The translations under genes were made by a program, and so were the position numbers. DNA of 64,000 bases, from IMG/VR virus record IMGVR_UViG_3300009103_000003, positions 96,001 through 160,000 of that record; one strand, written 5' to 3'. How positions within the stretch are numbered: position 1 is the stretch's first letter; every line of letters starts with the position of its first letter. Shown here piece by piece: positions 45,925 through 55,355 of the stretch. This stretch comes from a virus. The notes beneath the pieces are model-generated. The model saw only the letters and a program-made list of their open reading frames with translations. It did not search any database and had not been told where the DNA came from.

Positions 45925-46212
45925 ATGACTAAGAACTCTTTGATATTCTTTGTGGATTTCCCCGTAGGGGGTGCCACATGGAAAATTCAGTGCAGTGTCA
46001 CTAACTTTGGTGACGAAGGAATTCTCTTGCCTGAGGAGGACATAGATGTAGTCAGGATTATGAACGCCCAGCATAACGGAGTTAGGCTAGATGAAAGTTC
46101 CTGGAAGGCCCTATTAGAGGATAACAACCTATTGGGCAGCTTTTGCGAGAAAATGCTTTCTACGCTGTCTTTTGTGCAGTGGACTCTTTCTGGTCCAATG
46201 GCAGAGGCGTAG
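45925..46212 (+). CDS. Hypothetical protein
   Basis: GAGG RBS; fills the gap between minus-strand genes. Confidence 0.4.
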   Translation: MTKNSLIFFVDFPVGGATWKIQCSVTNFGDEGILLPEEDIDVVRIMNAQHNGVRLDESSWKALLEDNNLLGSFCEKMLSTLSFVQWTLSGPMAEA

Positions 46213-46265
46213 TGTCAAATATGAAGGACTGCTCATAGTCCGGATATTGTTGGCACATCTCTTTT

Positions 46266-46472
46266 TTATCTAGAGGGTTCACCGACGCCTCTGAAATTGT
46301 AGTCCCCGGATTTGATTGCGGCAACATCCGCATCACGGGCTTTTCTATAATCATCACGCTTCTCTTCTTTGCTTTTACAGTCCATGCAGATAAGTAATTC
46401 AGAATACATGGACATAATATGACAATTGGTCTTTGTGTAGCAGCGTTGACAGCTACCGTTCCATTCTCTCAT
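46266..46472 (-). CDS. Small Zn-finger-like protein
   Basis: CQRC...IMSMY..LICMDC...GDYNF.GVG. Confidence 0.6.
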   Translation of the reverse strand: MREWNGSCQRCYTKTNCHIMSMYSELLICMDCKSKEEKRDDYRKARDADVAAIKSGDYNFRGVGEPSR

Positions 46473-46582
46473 TGTTTCTCCTAAAGGGGCGAGAAACCCA
46501 GCGCCAGAAAGCGTTTAGTTTATCGCATAGCCAGAGTATGGCATCTCGTCGTTCTTCATAAGTTTTTCTATCTAAGTACATT

Positions 46583-46786
46583 CTATTCCCAGCTTGCCTT
46601 AAAGGTTTCTGTTTGCTGCAAGGCCGTACGGACAGCAGACATCTCCGCAGAGAAGTTTAGGGGGTGGCCATGGTCATCGGTAATACCTGAGCTATTTCGG
46701 ACCATATATTCATTAACTATGTACAGTAATGTTTTCACTGCCATCTCCAACTTTTTGATTTCTGCTTGGTAGTCATCCTCATTCAT
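46583..46786 (-). CDS. Hypothetical protein
   Basis: ATG overlapping the upstream stop. Confidence 0.45.
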   Translation of the reverse strand: MNEDDYQAEIKKLEMAVKTLLYIVNEYMVRNSSGITDDHGHPLNFSAEMSAVRTALQQTETFKASWE

Positions 46787-47078
46787 TTGACGCCCCCTTA
46801 CGAGTTTTGTGTCTATACCTAGCATTTTTATTAGAGCAATCTCTAGAGCAATATTTACTATTCTCCCTGGAGAATGCCCCCTTGCCATCAAAACCCTTAT
46901 CACACATATGCCATGCACAAATATCGGTGTTGGGGACAGGTCGTTCGACCATAGGGGGGCGTTGCTCACAGTTTAGGTACCAACATTTTTCAAGTTTTAT
47001 TGGATACCTAGGTGATGGTATGTGGTTGGGGCAGACCCACTCATCCAAGTTTAGCCAGCGGGATTTTTCGCGTCCCAT
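46779..47078 (-). CDS. Cys-rich Zn-finger protein
   Basis: CAWHMC...KYCSRDC. Confidence 0.55.
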   Translation of the reverse strand: MGREKSRWLNLDEWVCPNHIPSPRYPIKLEKCWYLNCEQRPPMVERPVPNTDICAWHMCDKGFDGKGAFSRENSKYCSRDCSNKNARYRHKTRKGASNE

Positions 47079-47118
47079 TCTATCTCCAAGTTATTAGCGT
47101 TTATCTAACCGGGGGTTG

Positions 47119-47613
47119 TTACTCCTCGGCTTGCTCTCGTAGTTTAGTGAATATTTTGCAGACCTTACTGTAGGCCCGCATCATTTCTCTAAGTTTAGGT
47201 TTATCTCTCGCGTAAAGCAGCCCGTTCATGTCTATACGCGCAATAGGAGTCCCATCACTGTCGGTTGCCATTTCGTAGTAATAGTACCCTCCAGATGGGT
47301 GGCTAGGGTTAAGCACCCCAGTACCAAAAGTACAGCCATGTCCGTATTCACCACCAGCACCGTTGTAGGCGATGAATCTGCAACCGGCTACGCCCATCTC
47401 TCCAAGCTCGTCGTACCAACCATAGTTGGCCTCGTATTCCTCTATAATAAGAGCACCGTGTTCGAAGGATACCTCGTCAGCCCAGAAATCTCCGGAGGAG
47501 GTGTCTCCCAGAGCGTCTGGCCAGCTTTGGTATGTTTTAGGCTCTAGGTGCTCTTTAGCGATTAGATAATCGTCAGGATGAATCTGAATCCTCAAGTAGC
47601 AGCGGTCACCCAC
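47119..47613 (-). CDS. Hypothetical protein
   Basis: Coupled ORF. Confidence 0.55.
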   Translation of the reverse strand: MGDRCYLRIQIHPDDYLIAKEHLEPKTYQSWPDALGDTSSGDFWADEVSFEHGALIIEEYEANYGWYDELGEMGVAGCRFIAYNGAGGEYGHGCTFGTGVLNPSHPSGGYYYYEMATDSDGTPIARIDMNGLLYARDKPKLREMMRAYSKVCKIFTKLREQAEE

Positions 47614-47848
47614 GGGCCACCATCATCATAGGTGATGCCCATGGACATGCAGGACACCCAAAGTAGGTACCTTTTCCTGCGCCACCCTTCAAGAGTTCTT
47701 GCTCAACATCTACGGTGATTTCCATCACCTCTTTACATCCGCAATGAGGACATCCCTCCTTACGAAGCTCTTCCGGTGCCTCTTTAGCAGTAGGCACTCC
47801 TACAGGGTTGCTGTCTACAAACCCGTAGTCTCTAATGTTATCGGTCAT
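47606..47848 (-). CDS. Zn-ribbon protein
   Basis: CPHCGC...GCPACPW. Confidence 0.55.
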   Translation of the reverse strand: MTDNIRDYGFVDSNPVGVPTAKEAPEELRKEGCPHCGCKEVMEITVDVEQELLKGGAGKGTYFGCPACPWASPMMMVARG

Positions 47849-48266
47849 TTTTTCCTCCGAATTGTTTGTCTACTTTTCTAAGCCAGTCCCAGTCAATGGC
47901 GTCACAGATCTCGCTACAACGACTTCTACCAAACAAGGTAAGCTCGTGACCTTCTTCTGTAGCGGCATCTAGGACCATGCGAACAGCGCCGACAGCTTCA
48001 CGCTCAACGTGAGCGAGGTGCTCACCCATATCCGACTTGGCATCATCTACTCCCACGGCGTAAGCCTCGTGGATGACGTACTCAAGCATTCTATGGATGC
48101 CCTCAATGGGCTCACCCGAAGCGGTTACTTCGTTGTGTAGTATCTCCTCGAAGTCCTCTAGGTAGGGGTACTTCTCGTAGATTTTGTCGTACAGTGCGGC
48201 CAGGGGAGTATCCCCTGTTACATAGTCAGGCGGGTCTTGGTCGTTTGGTGATCTAGTCATCATCAA
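47838..48266 (-). CDS. Hypothetical protein
   Basis: Acidic coupled ORF. Confidence 0.55.
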   Translation of the reverse strand: MMMTRSPNDQDPPDYVTGDTPLAALYDKIYEKYPYLEDFEEILHNEVTASGEPIEGIHRMLEYVIHEAYAVGVDDAKSDMGEHLAHVEREAVGAVRMVLDAATEEGHELTLFGRSRCSEICDAIDWDWLRKVDKQFGGKNDR

Positions 48267-48450
48267 ACCCGACTATTTTGTAGCCCTTGCCTTCTATAAA
48301 CTCGATGGCTTCTTGCTCTATAGCGTCACCAATCATGTTTGCATCATAATCTTTATCTGTGCTGTCCGGGTGGTTGTCTACCCACCCAAGAGACTCCGCG
48401 AACTCCAGGGTCTCCCCGAAGCATTCATAGTTATATATTTTCTCTGTCAT
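48253..48450 (-). CDS. Hypothetical protein
   Basis: Start overlaps the upstream stop. Confidence 0.5.
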   Translation of the reverse strand: MTEKIYNYECFGETLEFAESLGWVDNHPDSTDKDYDANMIGDAIEQEAIEFIEGKGYKIVGFDDD

Positions 48451-48656
48451 ACACTCATCCTTTCGTTCGTTACTTCTGACTGATACCAGCGGAGTTCCGC
48501 CCGGTTTATCCACTGGCTCTTGCATTCCACACAAGAGCATCGCTCATACGCCTCCGTCATAGGAGGCTCTTCATCGTTGCCTAGCCCCTCGCTCTCGATA
48601 TTATCGCTAGCGCAGACCGGGCATCTCTTAGGGATTACGGTGTCCTCAAACATCAT
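48447..48656 (-). CDS. Zn-ribbon protein
   Basis: CPVC...CVEC; GGAGG RBS. Confidence 0.5.
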   Translation of the reverse strand: MMFEDTVIPKRCPVCASDNIESEGLGNDEEPPMTEAYERCSCVECKSQWINRAELRWYQSEVTNERMSV

Positions 48657-48867
48657 CCATCTCCTCCAGGAACTCGTCATCAAAATCAGAAGCAAATTCT
48701 TCTTCTTCCTCGGCTCTTCGTTCCATGTAGTTAACAAGCTCCTCTACCCGCTCGTGCGCTTCGTGGCTCGGGGAAAGGAGTGTTTCGATAAAATCGCTGA
48801 GCACGCTGACCGTTGTCCGGTCAGTCCACCCCATCCTCATTTGATATTTTAAGACTGTCTCATACAT
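48646..48867 (-). CDS. Hypothetical protein
   Basis: Coupled small ORF. Confidence 0.45.
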   Translation of the reverse strand: MYETVLKYQMRMGWTDRTTVSVLSDFIETLLSPSHEAHERVEELVNYMERRAEEEEEFASDFDDEFLEEMDDV

Positions 48868-49054
48868 CATCCACCTCATAGGTATCGCAAAGACCAAAGG
48901 CTTCTGTGCAACCCTCACGTTCTATGTCATCAAGCCTCGCCCTAGCTCTTGCAAGTAGTGCGGGCATATTTTCTTTATTGAAGATGGCTTCTTCGTCAGC
49001 CTCGGTTTCGATACTGAACGCCATGTCCATCATGTGGTTATATTTAATCGCCAT
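48860..49054 (-). CDS. Hypothetical protein
   Basis: Coupled small ORF. Confidence 0.5.
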   Translation of the reverse strand: MAIKYNHMMDMAFSIETEADEEAIFNKENMPALLARARARLDDIEREGCTEAFGLCDTYEVDDV

Positions 49055-49244
49055 CTTCGTCCCCCGACTTCAGGCTTAAGCCATCCATAGCCCCAAGGGT
49101 TTCGATGACCTCCCAACCGCTTTTACACATGTGGGATTCAATATGTTTTCTATTGTTAGTTAGGAACTCTTCTGCTTCTGATTCGGTCACATCAAACATG
49201 TCGAGCACGTCCTGTGCCACGAATGCACATGTCGCCTTAACCAT
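49044..49244 (-). CDS. Hypothetical protein
   Basis: Coupled small ORF. Confidence 0.5.
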   Translation of the reverse strand: MVKATCAFVAQDVLDMFDVTESEAEEFLTNNRKHIESHMCKSGWEVIETLGAMDGLSLKSGDEDGD

Positions 49245-49482
49245 TTTCGGCCTCCGTTTTCCAGTGACTAAACGCGTCTTCTATCTCTTCTTTGGTGGGG
49301 ACTCCGCGACCATCATCATGCCAGGGCTCTCCCTCATTTAGGCAGAACCCCTTTTCATCATAGAGGTCATAAAAGCGATCCCCGTCACTTTCGGGGTCAT
49401 CCCCCTGCCAGCACAGGTCTACCTCTACCTTCCGTCCATGTATCACGTACTTCGCAACACATTGATTATGTAGACCCCCCAT
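49237..49482 (-). CDS. Hypothetical protein
   Basis: FYDLYDEKG.CLNEG.PW pattern. Confidence 0.5.
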   Translation of the reverse strand: MGGLHNQCVAKYVIHGRKVEVDLCWQGDDPESDGDRFYDLYDEKGFCLNEGEPWHDDGRGVPTKEEIEDAFSHWKTEAENG

Positions 49483-49904
49483 CAGTATTCACACGAGGTG
49501 CTCATCGGATCACCAAGGCCGTTCAGGGTTTCACATACCCACCTGTTTAGGTCGTAATGTTCGATTGCTTCGGGCGTGACCACCGCTGCTGTGCCCACTA
49601 CATATCTATACTTCTCAGCACCAACTTCCATAAACGTTATGGACCATCCATCAGCGATGTGGGGCTGCATTTCTTTGAAGATGTCTAGGTCGTGATGTTC
49701 ACCCGTATCTTCGTCCTCTACCCAGCAGGGGATGCTCCCGCAATCGCTGTTAGGACCAAAAAGAAACCCGTATAGTCTACCGTGTTCCTCTGTTTCATGA
49801 GTGATGACCTCCGCTTCAGGAATTGTCTCAGCCCACCGGAGGAACACCGCCTCGTCTTTAACTTTCACGTAGCTCGTTCGAGCCGTTGCATAATAATTGG
49901 CCAT
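49482..49904 (-). CDS. Conserved phage hypothetical protein
   Basis: MANYYATARTSYVKVKD...EVGAEK.RYV.G. Confidence 0.6.
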   Translation of the reverse strand: MANYYATARTSYVKVKDEAVFLRWAETIPEAEVITHETEEHGRLYGFLFGPNSDCGSIPCWVEDEDTGEHHDLDIFKEMQPHIADGWSITFMEVGAEKYRYVVGTAAVVTPEAIEHYDLNRWVCETLNGLGDPMSTSCEY

Positions 49905-49960
49905 GTGGCATCTCCTCAAAAGAAGGTGTCCGGTCTTACACCCCGGACACCTATTAGTAG

Positions 49961-50341
49961 TTATTCTTCTTTTAGTTTCTTGAGACCGAAACAGTATTGG
50001 CACCCACCCGGATGACCGGGCGGCTGAATCTCGCGATCACACATACATAACCATAGATATTCGTTAACTAGGGTTTCTAGCCAACAGAATTCTATGGCGT
50101 CTTTGTAGGCTTCCTCAGCAGTTCTGTAGGGCCCAACTTTTTCCTTAACAATATATGAGTCTTGATAATCACAGCCATCCTTGAAAACCGCGTAGAACCA
50201 TTCCGCAGAAACTTGTGTTACACGGAACTTGAATGACGCAACACAAGCCCCAACCCCATCGCCTACAATGACCTCCCCTCCCCGAAGTGGGTCAGGGTAT
50301 GAGTCTATCCAATTAAACCACAGGGGAAGTTGGCTACTCAT
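49961..50341 (-). CDS. Hypothetical protein
   Basis: ORF in the small-gene array. Confidence 0.5.
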   Translation of the reverse strand: MSSQLPLWFNWIDSYPDPLRGGEVIVGDGVGACVASFKFRVTQVSAEWFYAVFKDGCDYQDSYIVKEKVGPYRTAEEAYKDAIEFCWLETLVNEYLWLCMCDREIQPPGHPGGCQYCFGLKKLKEE

Positions 50342-50351
50342 CGTCGTCTCA

Positions 50352-50714
50352 TTACTTTTGCCCCACAACCTTTACTGGTTGACCGTGTCGGTCCATCACA
50401 GTGAAAAATGAGTGGGCGGCAGCAACGCTATCGAGCAGGTAAGTCCGCAGGTCCCAATCCCAACATTCTGGTCTGTCCCTAGCGGGTACCCACACCACAA
50501 CGGGCGTGTAGTCCACAAACCTAGGACTCTCAATATCCCCACCAGAGTACGTCTCAATCTCACAGTCAGGAAAGGAGTCCTGGCAAGCCTCCTTACTGTG
50601 ATAGACATCGAAAGACGTTAGTTGACCCTCGGGAAGATTCCCATCCACTAACGCTGGTTGGTAGTACTCTCCGTATACCTCATATAGTTTTGGTGTATTG
50701 TCTGTGTATGACAT
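50352..50714 (-). CDS. Hypothetical protein
   Basis: RBS AAGGA; intact ORF. Confidence 0.5.
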   Translation of the reverse strand: MSYTDNTPKLYEVYGEYYQPALVDGNLPEGQLTSFDVYHSKEACQDSFPDCEIETYSGGDIESPRFVDYTPVVVWVPARDRPECWDWDLRTYLLDSVAAAHSFFTVMDRHGQPVKVVGQK

Positions 50715-50791
50715 TTATTTTCTTTCCTTCGGTGCGCTGGGACCGCACCCTTTAGATCCCCGGTGCGCCTCCGCACCGTGTCCAGCATCAC

Positions 50792-50827
50792 AAAAAAGAA
50801 AGGCCGGATGGGTTCCCCCACCCGGCC
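50792..50827 (-). terminator. Intrinsic terminator
   Basis: GGCCGG.TGGG/CCCA.CCGGCC stem followed on the minus strand by TTTCTTTTTT. Confidence 0.65.
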
Positions 50828-50862
50828 CTCCGGTTAATGTACTTATGTATTCTTGGTAGAGG

Positions 50863-51144
50863 CTACCGCTTCTTAATTCCCCAAGCTTCAGGGCAAGACC
50901 AGAGCCAATCACTATCTGCCCACTCGGCCCATTGACTAGTTACCGGTGGCCTGGGCTCAGACTCTACATATTCTAGTAGGTATTCCGCATATGATTTGAG
51001 GACAGGCTTCCCTTCAAAGTTAAAGTAGTCCTCACCAACATGCTCACATTCAGCGTAAGCCTCTTTGAATGCCTTTACTTTTTCGGGAGCTAACCACGTA
51101 GAACTCCTGTTTGTTTGCTTAGCTATTAATCTTTCTATAGGCAT
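50863..51144 (-). CDS. Conserved phage hypothetical protein
   Basis: FKEAY...YFNFEG..VLK.YAEYLLEY pattern. Confidence 0.5.
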   Translation of the reverse strand: MPIERLIAKQTNRSSTWLAPEKVKAFKEAYAECEHVGEDYFNFEGKPVLKSYAEYLLEYVESEPRPPVTSQWAEWADSDWLWSCPEAWGIKKR

Positions 51145-51154
51145 TAGAACCTCC

Positions 51155-52501
51155 TTATTTACCCGCTTTAGCGGTAAGCTCCAAATGGAGCCCGTCTTCT
51201 ATACGGGCATCTTCTTCACTATTAATCAACCTGAGTTCCCACTCAGGAGTATACACAATATTGCCCCACCCAGAGTACATTGGCTGTATGTCTAATGGCG
51301 CACCGAACTGTCTACCAGCCGAGCTAATCCAAAGTGGATTACGTTCGGTGCCCTCCTTGAAAGCTTCGTCATACTCAATACGCCTAGACTCGTTACCAGA
51401 CTCTGAGGCTACTCGAAGTCCTGAACGGTTATGCCGTATATCTTTGTATGTACCACGAGTTTCATGAGCACGCCAAGCTATAACTGTTTCCGGGGGGATA
51501 TCGAACAGATTTCCAACGGTTTTCGATGGGAGGCCGTGGGCAGCACTTAGTGCAAAATTGCGTAGAGCGCTCTGGCTTTCCCTGCCTGGGATGGCTTCAA
51601 AACACATGAGGCTGGGCGAGTAAGTAAAGAGGTACTGCTCATAGACTTGAAGCTCGTGCAGCTTCGCAACTATGAAGTTCCCGCAGACAAATGGTGTACC
51701 GTTACTATGATTGGATTTGCTGTGGTAGCAAAGCGCCATAACAGGTACGACCCCAAGCCCATGCTCCAGTAAGAGGACATTCAGACAACTTCGGAAAGCA
51801 TCCATTCTAATCAGCCCGGTACCGAGCGGTGTAAGCTTCCCATTCTTTACAGCGCTACGTAACCAATTGTCTGATTCATCATACCAGCCTGGGCCGTTTG
51901 CGTGGCTTAGCAAGCGCTTTCGTGCTCGCCCAATACACACTTTCGGGTCAAACATCTTTCCACGCATAAGGAGTTGATCTCCTGCTGAGTGACCAAACTT
52001 CTTACCCGCCTTCATAAGGTCCTTACGAATCTTTCTGGGGATGTTTGGGTGTAGGTGTTTATTCAGCTTAGCCGGGGCTTCTCGACCCTTCATCATGGTG
52101 ATCCCCAAACACATAGGATATGTGCCAGCACCTAAAATTACTTTTCTGGCTGTATCTATGTTTTCGAGGGTTATTCCATTACAAAAATCTAGATGGGCTC
52201 CGTTATAGTCAACACAGCCTGCCCACTCCCCAGCTTCACCAGCCAGGGTGGTAATTCCTGGGTACAGTTCGCCACAGAAGTTTGCATATTCTGGATCTAG
52301 GTCTACTGCGGTGATTGTCTCAGGCTTAAACCCAAGCGCTTTTAGGGTGGAAACATCCCCACCCTCACCTGCCAAGACATAGGCACCTCGGTATTGGACA
52401 TCCAGCGCTGTCATAACCATGCCAGCGTTGAGCCAAAGTCTCGCCCGAGCAACCTTCTTACCTGGGCTGTCGCCCTTGTAAGTGCTGTGTGTTCCGCTCA
52501 T
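51155..52501 (-). CDS. Putative class I SAM-dependent methyltransferase-like protein with C-terminal HTH-like motif
   Basis: VLAGEGGD (motif I-like), AVDLDP, HLDFC; C-terminal VGNLFDIPPETVIAWRAH. Confidence 0.45.
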   Translation of the reverse strand: MSGTHSTYKGDSPGKKVARARLWLNAGMVMTALDVQYRGAYVLAGEGGDVSTLKALGFKPETITAVDLDPEYANFCGELYPGITTLAGEAGEWAGCVDYNGAHLDFCNGITLENIDTARKVILGAGTYPMCLGITMMKGREAPAKLNKHLHPNIPRKIRKDLMKAGKKFGHSAGDQLLMRGKMFDPKVCIGRARKRLLSHANGPGWYDESDNWLRSAVKNGKLTPLGTGLIRMDAFRSCLNVLLLEHGLGVVPVMALCYHSKSNHSNGTPFVCGNFIVAKLHELQVYEQYLFTYSPSLMCFEAIPGRESQSALRNFALSAAHGLPSKTVGNLFDIPPETVIAWRAHETRGTYKDIRHNRSGLRVASESGNESRRIEYDEAFKEGTERNPLWISSAGRQFGAPLDIQPMYSGWGNIVYTPEWELRLINSEEDARIEDGLHLELTAKAGK

Positions 52502-52510
52502 TGCGCCCCC

Positions 52511-52855
52511 CTAGTAATCTTCTGGCAGAAGAATCGTGGTTGCACTGCGGTCCCATTCAGTGATTACCCAGAATTTTAGAGGCTCTTCCCCACTTTCCCA
52601 GTTGTACACAGAAAGCAACCTATTGCCGTTTTCTAGAGCGTGGTCATTTGTTTTAGAGTCTTCCGGGCAGCAATCTCCCCAGTCACCGCTTTGGTGTCGA
52701 ATGAGTGCCAATTGAATAACCTCATCTGCGTTAATATCTTCGATTTCTTTTATTCGACTTATAAAGTTGCTCGTTGCAACCACTTGTCCCAAACAAAATT
52801 TGGGCTCACCTAAATCCGCTATTAGCGGGTAATAACCGTTAATAATTGTTTCCAT
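52511..52855 (-). CDS. Conserved plasmid/phage protein (RH..GDWG...LLPEDY family)
   Basis: F.LGQVVAT, RHQSGDWG, RLLSVY, WVITEWDRS.TTILLPEDY. Confidence 0.7.
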   Translation of the reverse strand: METIINGYYPLIADLGEPKFCLGQVVATSNFISRIKEIEDINADEVIQLALIRHQSGDWGDCCPEDSKTNDHALENGNRLLSVYNWESGEEPLKFWVITEWDRSATTILLPEDY

Positions 52856-52867
52856 ACTATCCTCTTA

Positions 52868-53599
52868 TCAATACCACGTGTACATCCCGTGCCCACGCTC
52901 ACCCCAGAAGCGACACCAGTTGGCCGCATCCCTTATGATTTTAAGCTCCTCTTTAATTTCCGCAGTTACCTGCTCACAATTTGCTTCGTAGTGGTCCGCT
53001 GCTTTATCTAGCGAAACCCCTAGTTCATACAATTCATCTGCATTCCTATCCGCATAACAATCTTCATCAAAACCCATCTCATGGAGACAAGCCATGTTGG
53101 CAATCTCCTTGCCCCGGAAACTTTCTGCGCCGGTAAAAATCCCGGTCACGGTGGCAATCCCATCAGAGGACACCAATTGAGGCACATAGAATCCTTTTCT
53201 GTCCTCCAAGAACTGCTCTATTGTTGGGAATAGCTCCCTAAGCTTCTCTGACTCCCCGTACTGCTTTTTGGCGTACTCCGTAGCAATATCGTCATAACCA
53301 ACTCTAGGAGCCCCAAGGGTCTCCATAGGGCTTGTCACATTAGGTTCTCGCACACTTTCCCAATGACTTCGTTTCTTATCTAGTTCTTTGAAAATATCCG
53401 TTTTTCTAAACGCATCATCCACCGGGTTGGGGAAAATATGCGTTGAGACCTCAGGGTTTTCTTGCAATGCTTTATCAGCGTATTTTGCCCACTCCTCTGT
53501 GATCTCACTGTTTACCTTTTTCAGATGAGCTTCCGCGAATTTCACAGAAGCATCCATACCGGCGTTCACTTTGTCTCTCACACACCAATCCAGACCCAT
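52868..53599 (-). CDS. Hypothetical protein
   Basis: MGLD start; AA.WC.FW.ERGHG...W end pattern. Confidence 0.6.
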   Translation of the reverse strand: MGLDWCVRDKVNAGMDASVKFAEAHLKKVNSEITEEWAKYADKALQENPEVSTHIFPNPVDDAFRKTDIFKELDKKRSHWESVREPNVTSPMETLGAPRVGYDDIATEYAKKQYGESEKLRELFPTIEQFLEDRKGFYVPQLVSSDGIATVTGIFTGAESFRGKEIANMACLHEMGFDEDCYADRNADELYELGVSLDKAADHYEANCEQVTAEIKEELKIIRDAANWCRFWGERGHGMYTWY

Positions 53600-53722
53600 A
53601 GTTATCCTCCTTTAAGAGATAGGGTTATCACTTTACTTATACTGAAATATGGTTAATGTTTGCTGTAATGTTTGATATGTTATATACACATCACAGTAAA
53701 GTGCTTGTTAATAGGTAAATAT

Positions 53723-54250
53723 ATGCTTGAAAAAGAACGCGGGCCTTTTGTACACACCTGGACCGGGAGACGGTTCTACCTCACAGACCCAAAACCAGAA
53801 GAAGTTTTTATTGAAGATATCGCCCATGCACTGTCTTTACAGTGTAGGTTTAACGGGCACATTGACGAGCACTACTCGGTGGCCGAGCATAGCGTTATGG
53901 TTTCTAATATAGTTGAACAAGAAACAAATGACGCGCAGCTAGCTTTGGCTGGGCTTCTTCATGACGCCGCTGAGGCATACCTGGGGGACGTAGTCAGTCC
54001 TCTTAAGAAATTATTACCCACTTATAAAGATTTTGAGAAGTCTGTAGAGAGTTGTATTGCCTCTAGATTTTCCCTTATCTACCCGTTTCCTGAGGCCATC
54101 CATGATGCGGATCGAACTGCCTTGGAGCAGGAATTTAAGTTTCTTTCCCCGTTTGTGCAGGAGCCTGACTATCCGTTTTGTCCCCTTTTGCCCAAAACCG
54201 CAGAGAAAGAGTTTCTGGCGCGGTACAACTTATTGATGGGGAGGGGATAA
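53723..54250 (+). CDS. HD-domain phosphohydrolase (YfbR-like)
   Basis: IEDIAHALS..CRFNGH...YSVAEHS...LLHDAAEAYLGD..SPLK. Confidence 0.85.
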   Translation: MLEKERGPFVHTWTGRRFYLTDPKPEEVFIEDIAHALSLQCRFNGHIDEHYSVAEHSVMVSNIVEQETNDAQLALAGLLHDAAEAYLGDVVSPLKKLLPTYKDFEKSVESCIASRFSLIYPFPEAIHDADRTALEQEFKFLSPFVQEPDYPFCPLLPKTAEKEFLARYNLLMGRG

Positions 54251-54510
54251 TGGTACGGGCCGGTGAGCAGTGGAATCTGTGGGATTTCGTGGGGAGGGCG
54301 ACTTCCAAGGAGACGGAAGCCCGGAATAAGATGGGGCCTTTTCGACTATCGGTTGACGATAACGTGATACCGAGACATATGGATTGCGGTAATTATGACG
54401 CCTGTTTATCATACGCGTCTAAACATCGTTGGCCATCCTTTGGTTGTGATGGCTGTAGAAGAACACAGCATGGACGCTTTGTGGATGAAGTCCGTAGGAG
54501 AGATAAATGA
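54250..54510 (+). CDS. Small Cys-cluster protein
   Basis: CGNYDACL...W..FGCDGC. Confidence 0.55.
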   Translation: MVRAGEQWNLWDFVGRATSKETEARNKMGPFRLSVDDNVIPRHMDCGNYDACLSYASKHRWPSFGCDGCRRTQHGRFVDEVRRRDK

Positions 54511-55355
54511 CAGCCGATGAATATAACGCTAGGAGCATGTCTAAACTGGGGTGGACCAGGGAACACCTTGGGCTAGAAGACACTGCAACTCTTACAGAGA
54601 TCTCGGACGCGGTTAGAGATTTTCAGAAAGAGCAGGAGTTAGTTGTTGATGGCAAGTGTGGCCCGAATACGTGGAGAAGACTCCAAACCCAGGCAGAGTT
54701 TATTGCACATGAGCGCTATCCGGACGCTGAAGGGTTTATCACTGTCGGGGGTATTCTTAAGCCTGTCCCATTTAAGAGTATCCCGTGCACACCCGACTCA
54801 GCATACTCGCTAATTGGCGGGGGCCACTCTACCCGAAGAAAGGCACCAACCTCTGTTGTGTGGCATTGGGACGCAGCCCTTAGCGCAGAGTCTTGTTATA
54901 AGATTCTCAAAAAGCGCGGTATATCTTGTCATGGTAGTATTGATAATGACGGGACACTCCTCCAACATCTTGATTTCCATGACCATGTAGGGTGGCACGC
55001 TGGGCATCGTAAGGTGAACAAGGTGTCCCTTGGTTTCGAGATTTCCGACGCGGTTTATATGAAGTACCAGAAGTATTACGAAAAACGTTGGGGACCACGC
55101 CCTGTATGGACAGCTAAGGTGCATGACAGCACTCCTACCTTCCTAGGATTGTACGAATCTCAAATTCAGACTTGTATAGCTTTAAGTAATTTCATATATA
55201 ACGAATTCGGTATTCCATTGGTGCACCCAAACTCAAACACTGTTATTGATGAGCCTGAAAATTTTGAGGGGCACCTAGCACACTTCCATATCACCAAAAG
55301 AAAGTGGGATGTGGCTGGATTTCCCTTTGACCGAGTTATGGAGGAGGCACGCTAA
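54507..55355 (+). CDS. Endolysin: peptidoglycan-binding domain plus N-acetylmuramoyl-L-alanine amidase (Amidase_2)
   Basis: FQ....L.VDGKCGPNTW; VVWHWDA...ISCH..IDNDG...WHAG...N..SLGFEIS; HFH...KWD. Confidence 0.85.
   Translation: MTADEYNARSMSKLGWTREHLGLEDTATLTEISDAVRDFQKEQELVVDGKCGPNTWRRLQTQAEFIAHERYPDAEGFITVGGILKPVPFKSIPCTPDSAYSLIGGGHSTRRKAPTSVVWHWDAALSAESCYKILKKRGISCHGSIDNDGTLLQHLDFHDHVGWHAGHRKVNKVSLGFEISDAVYMKYQKYYEKRWGPRPVWTAKVHDSTPTFLGLYESQIQTCIALSNFIYNEFGIPLVHPNSNTVIDEPENFEGHLAHFHITKRKWDVAGFPFDRVMEEAR

Noticed and set aside
46485-46516. Two mini-hairpins with AGAAA loops (boxB-like antitermination site)
   Set aside because: The stems are only 3 bp and there is no boxA or second copy; too weak to support.
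53723-54250. DatZ-like dATPase indicating a 2-aminoadenine (Z) genome
   Set aside because: The motif pattern is the common YfbR-like HD family and no PurZ is seen in the window.
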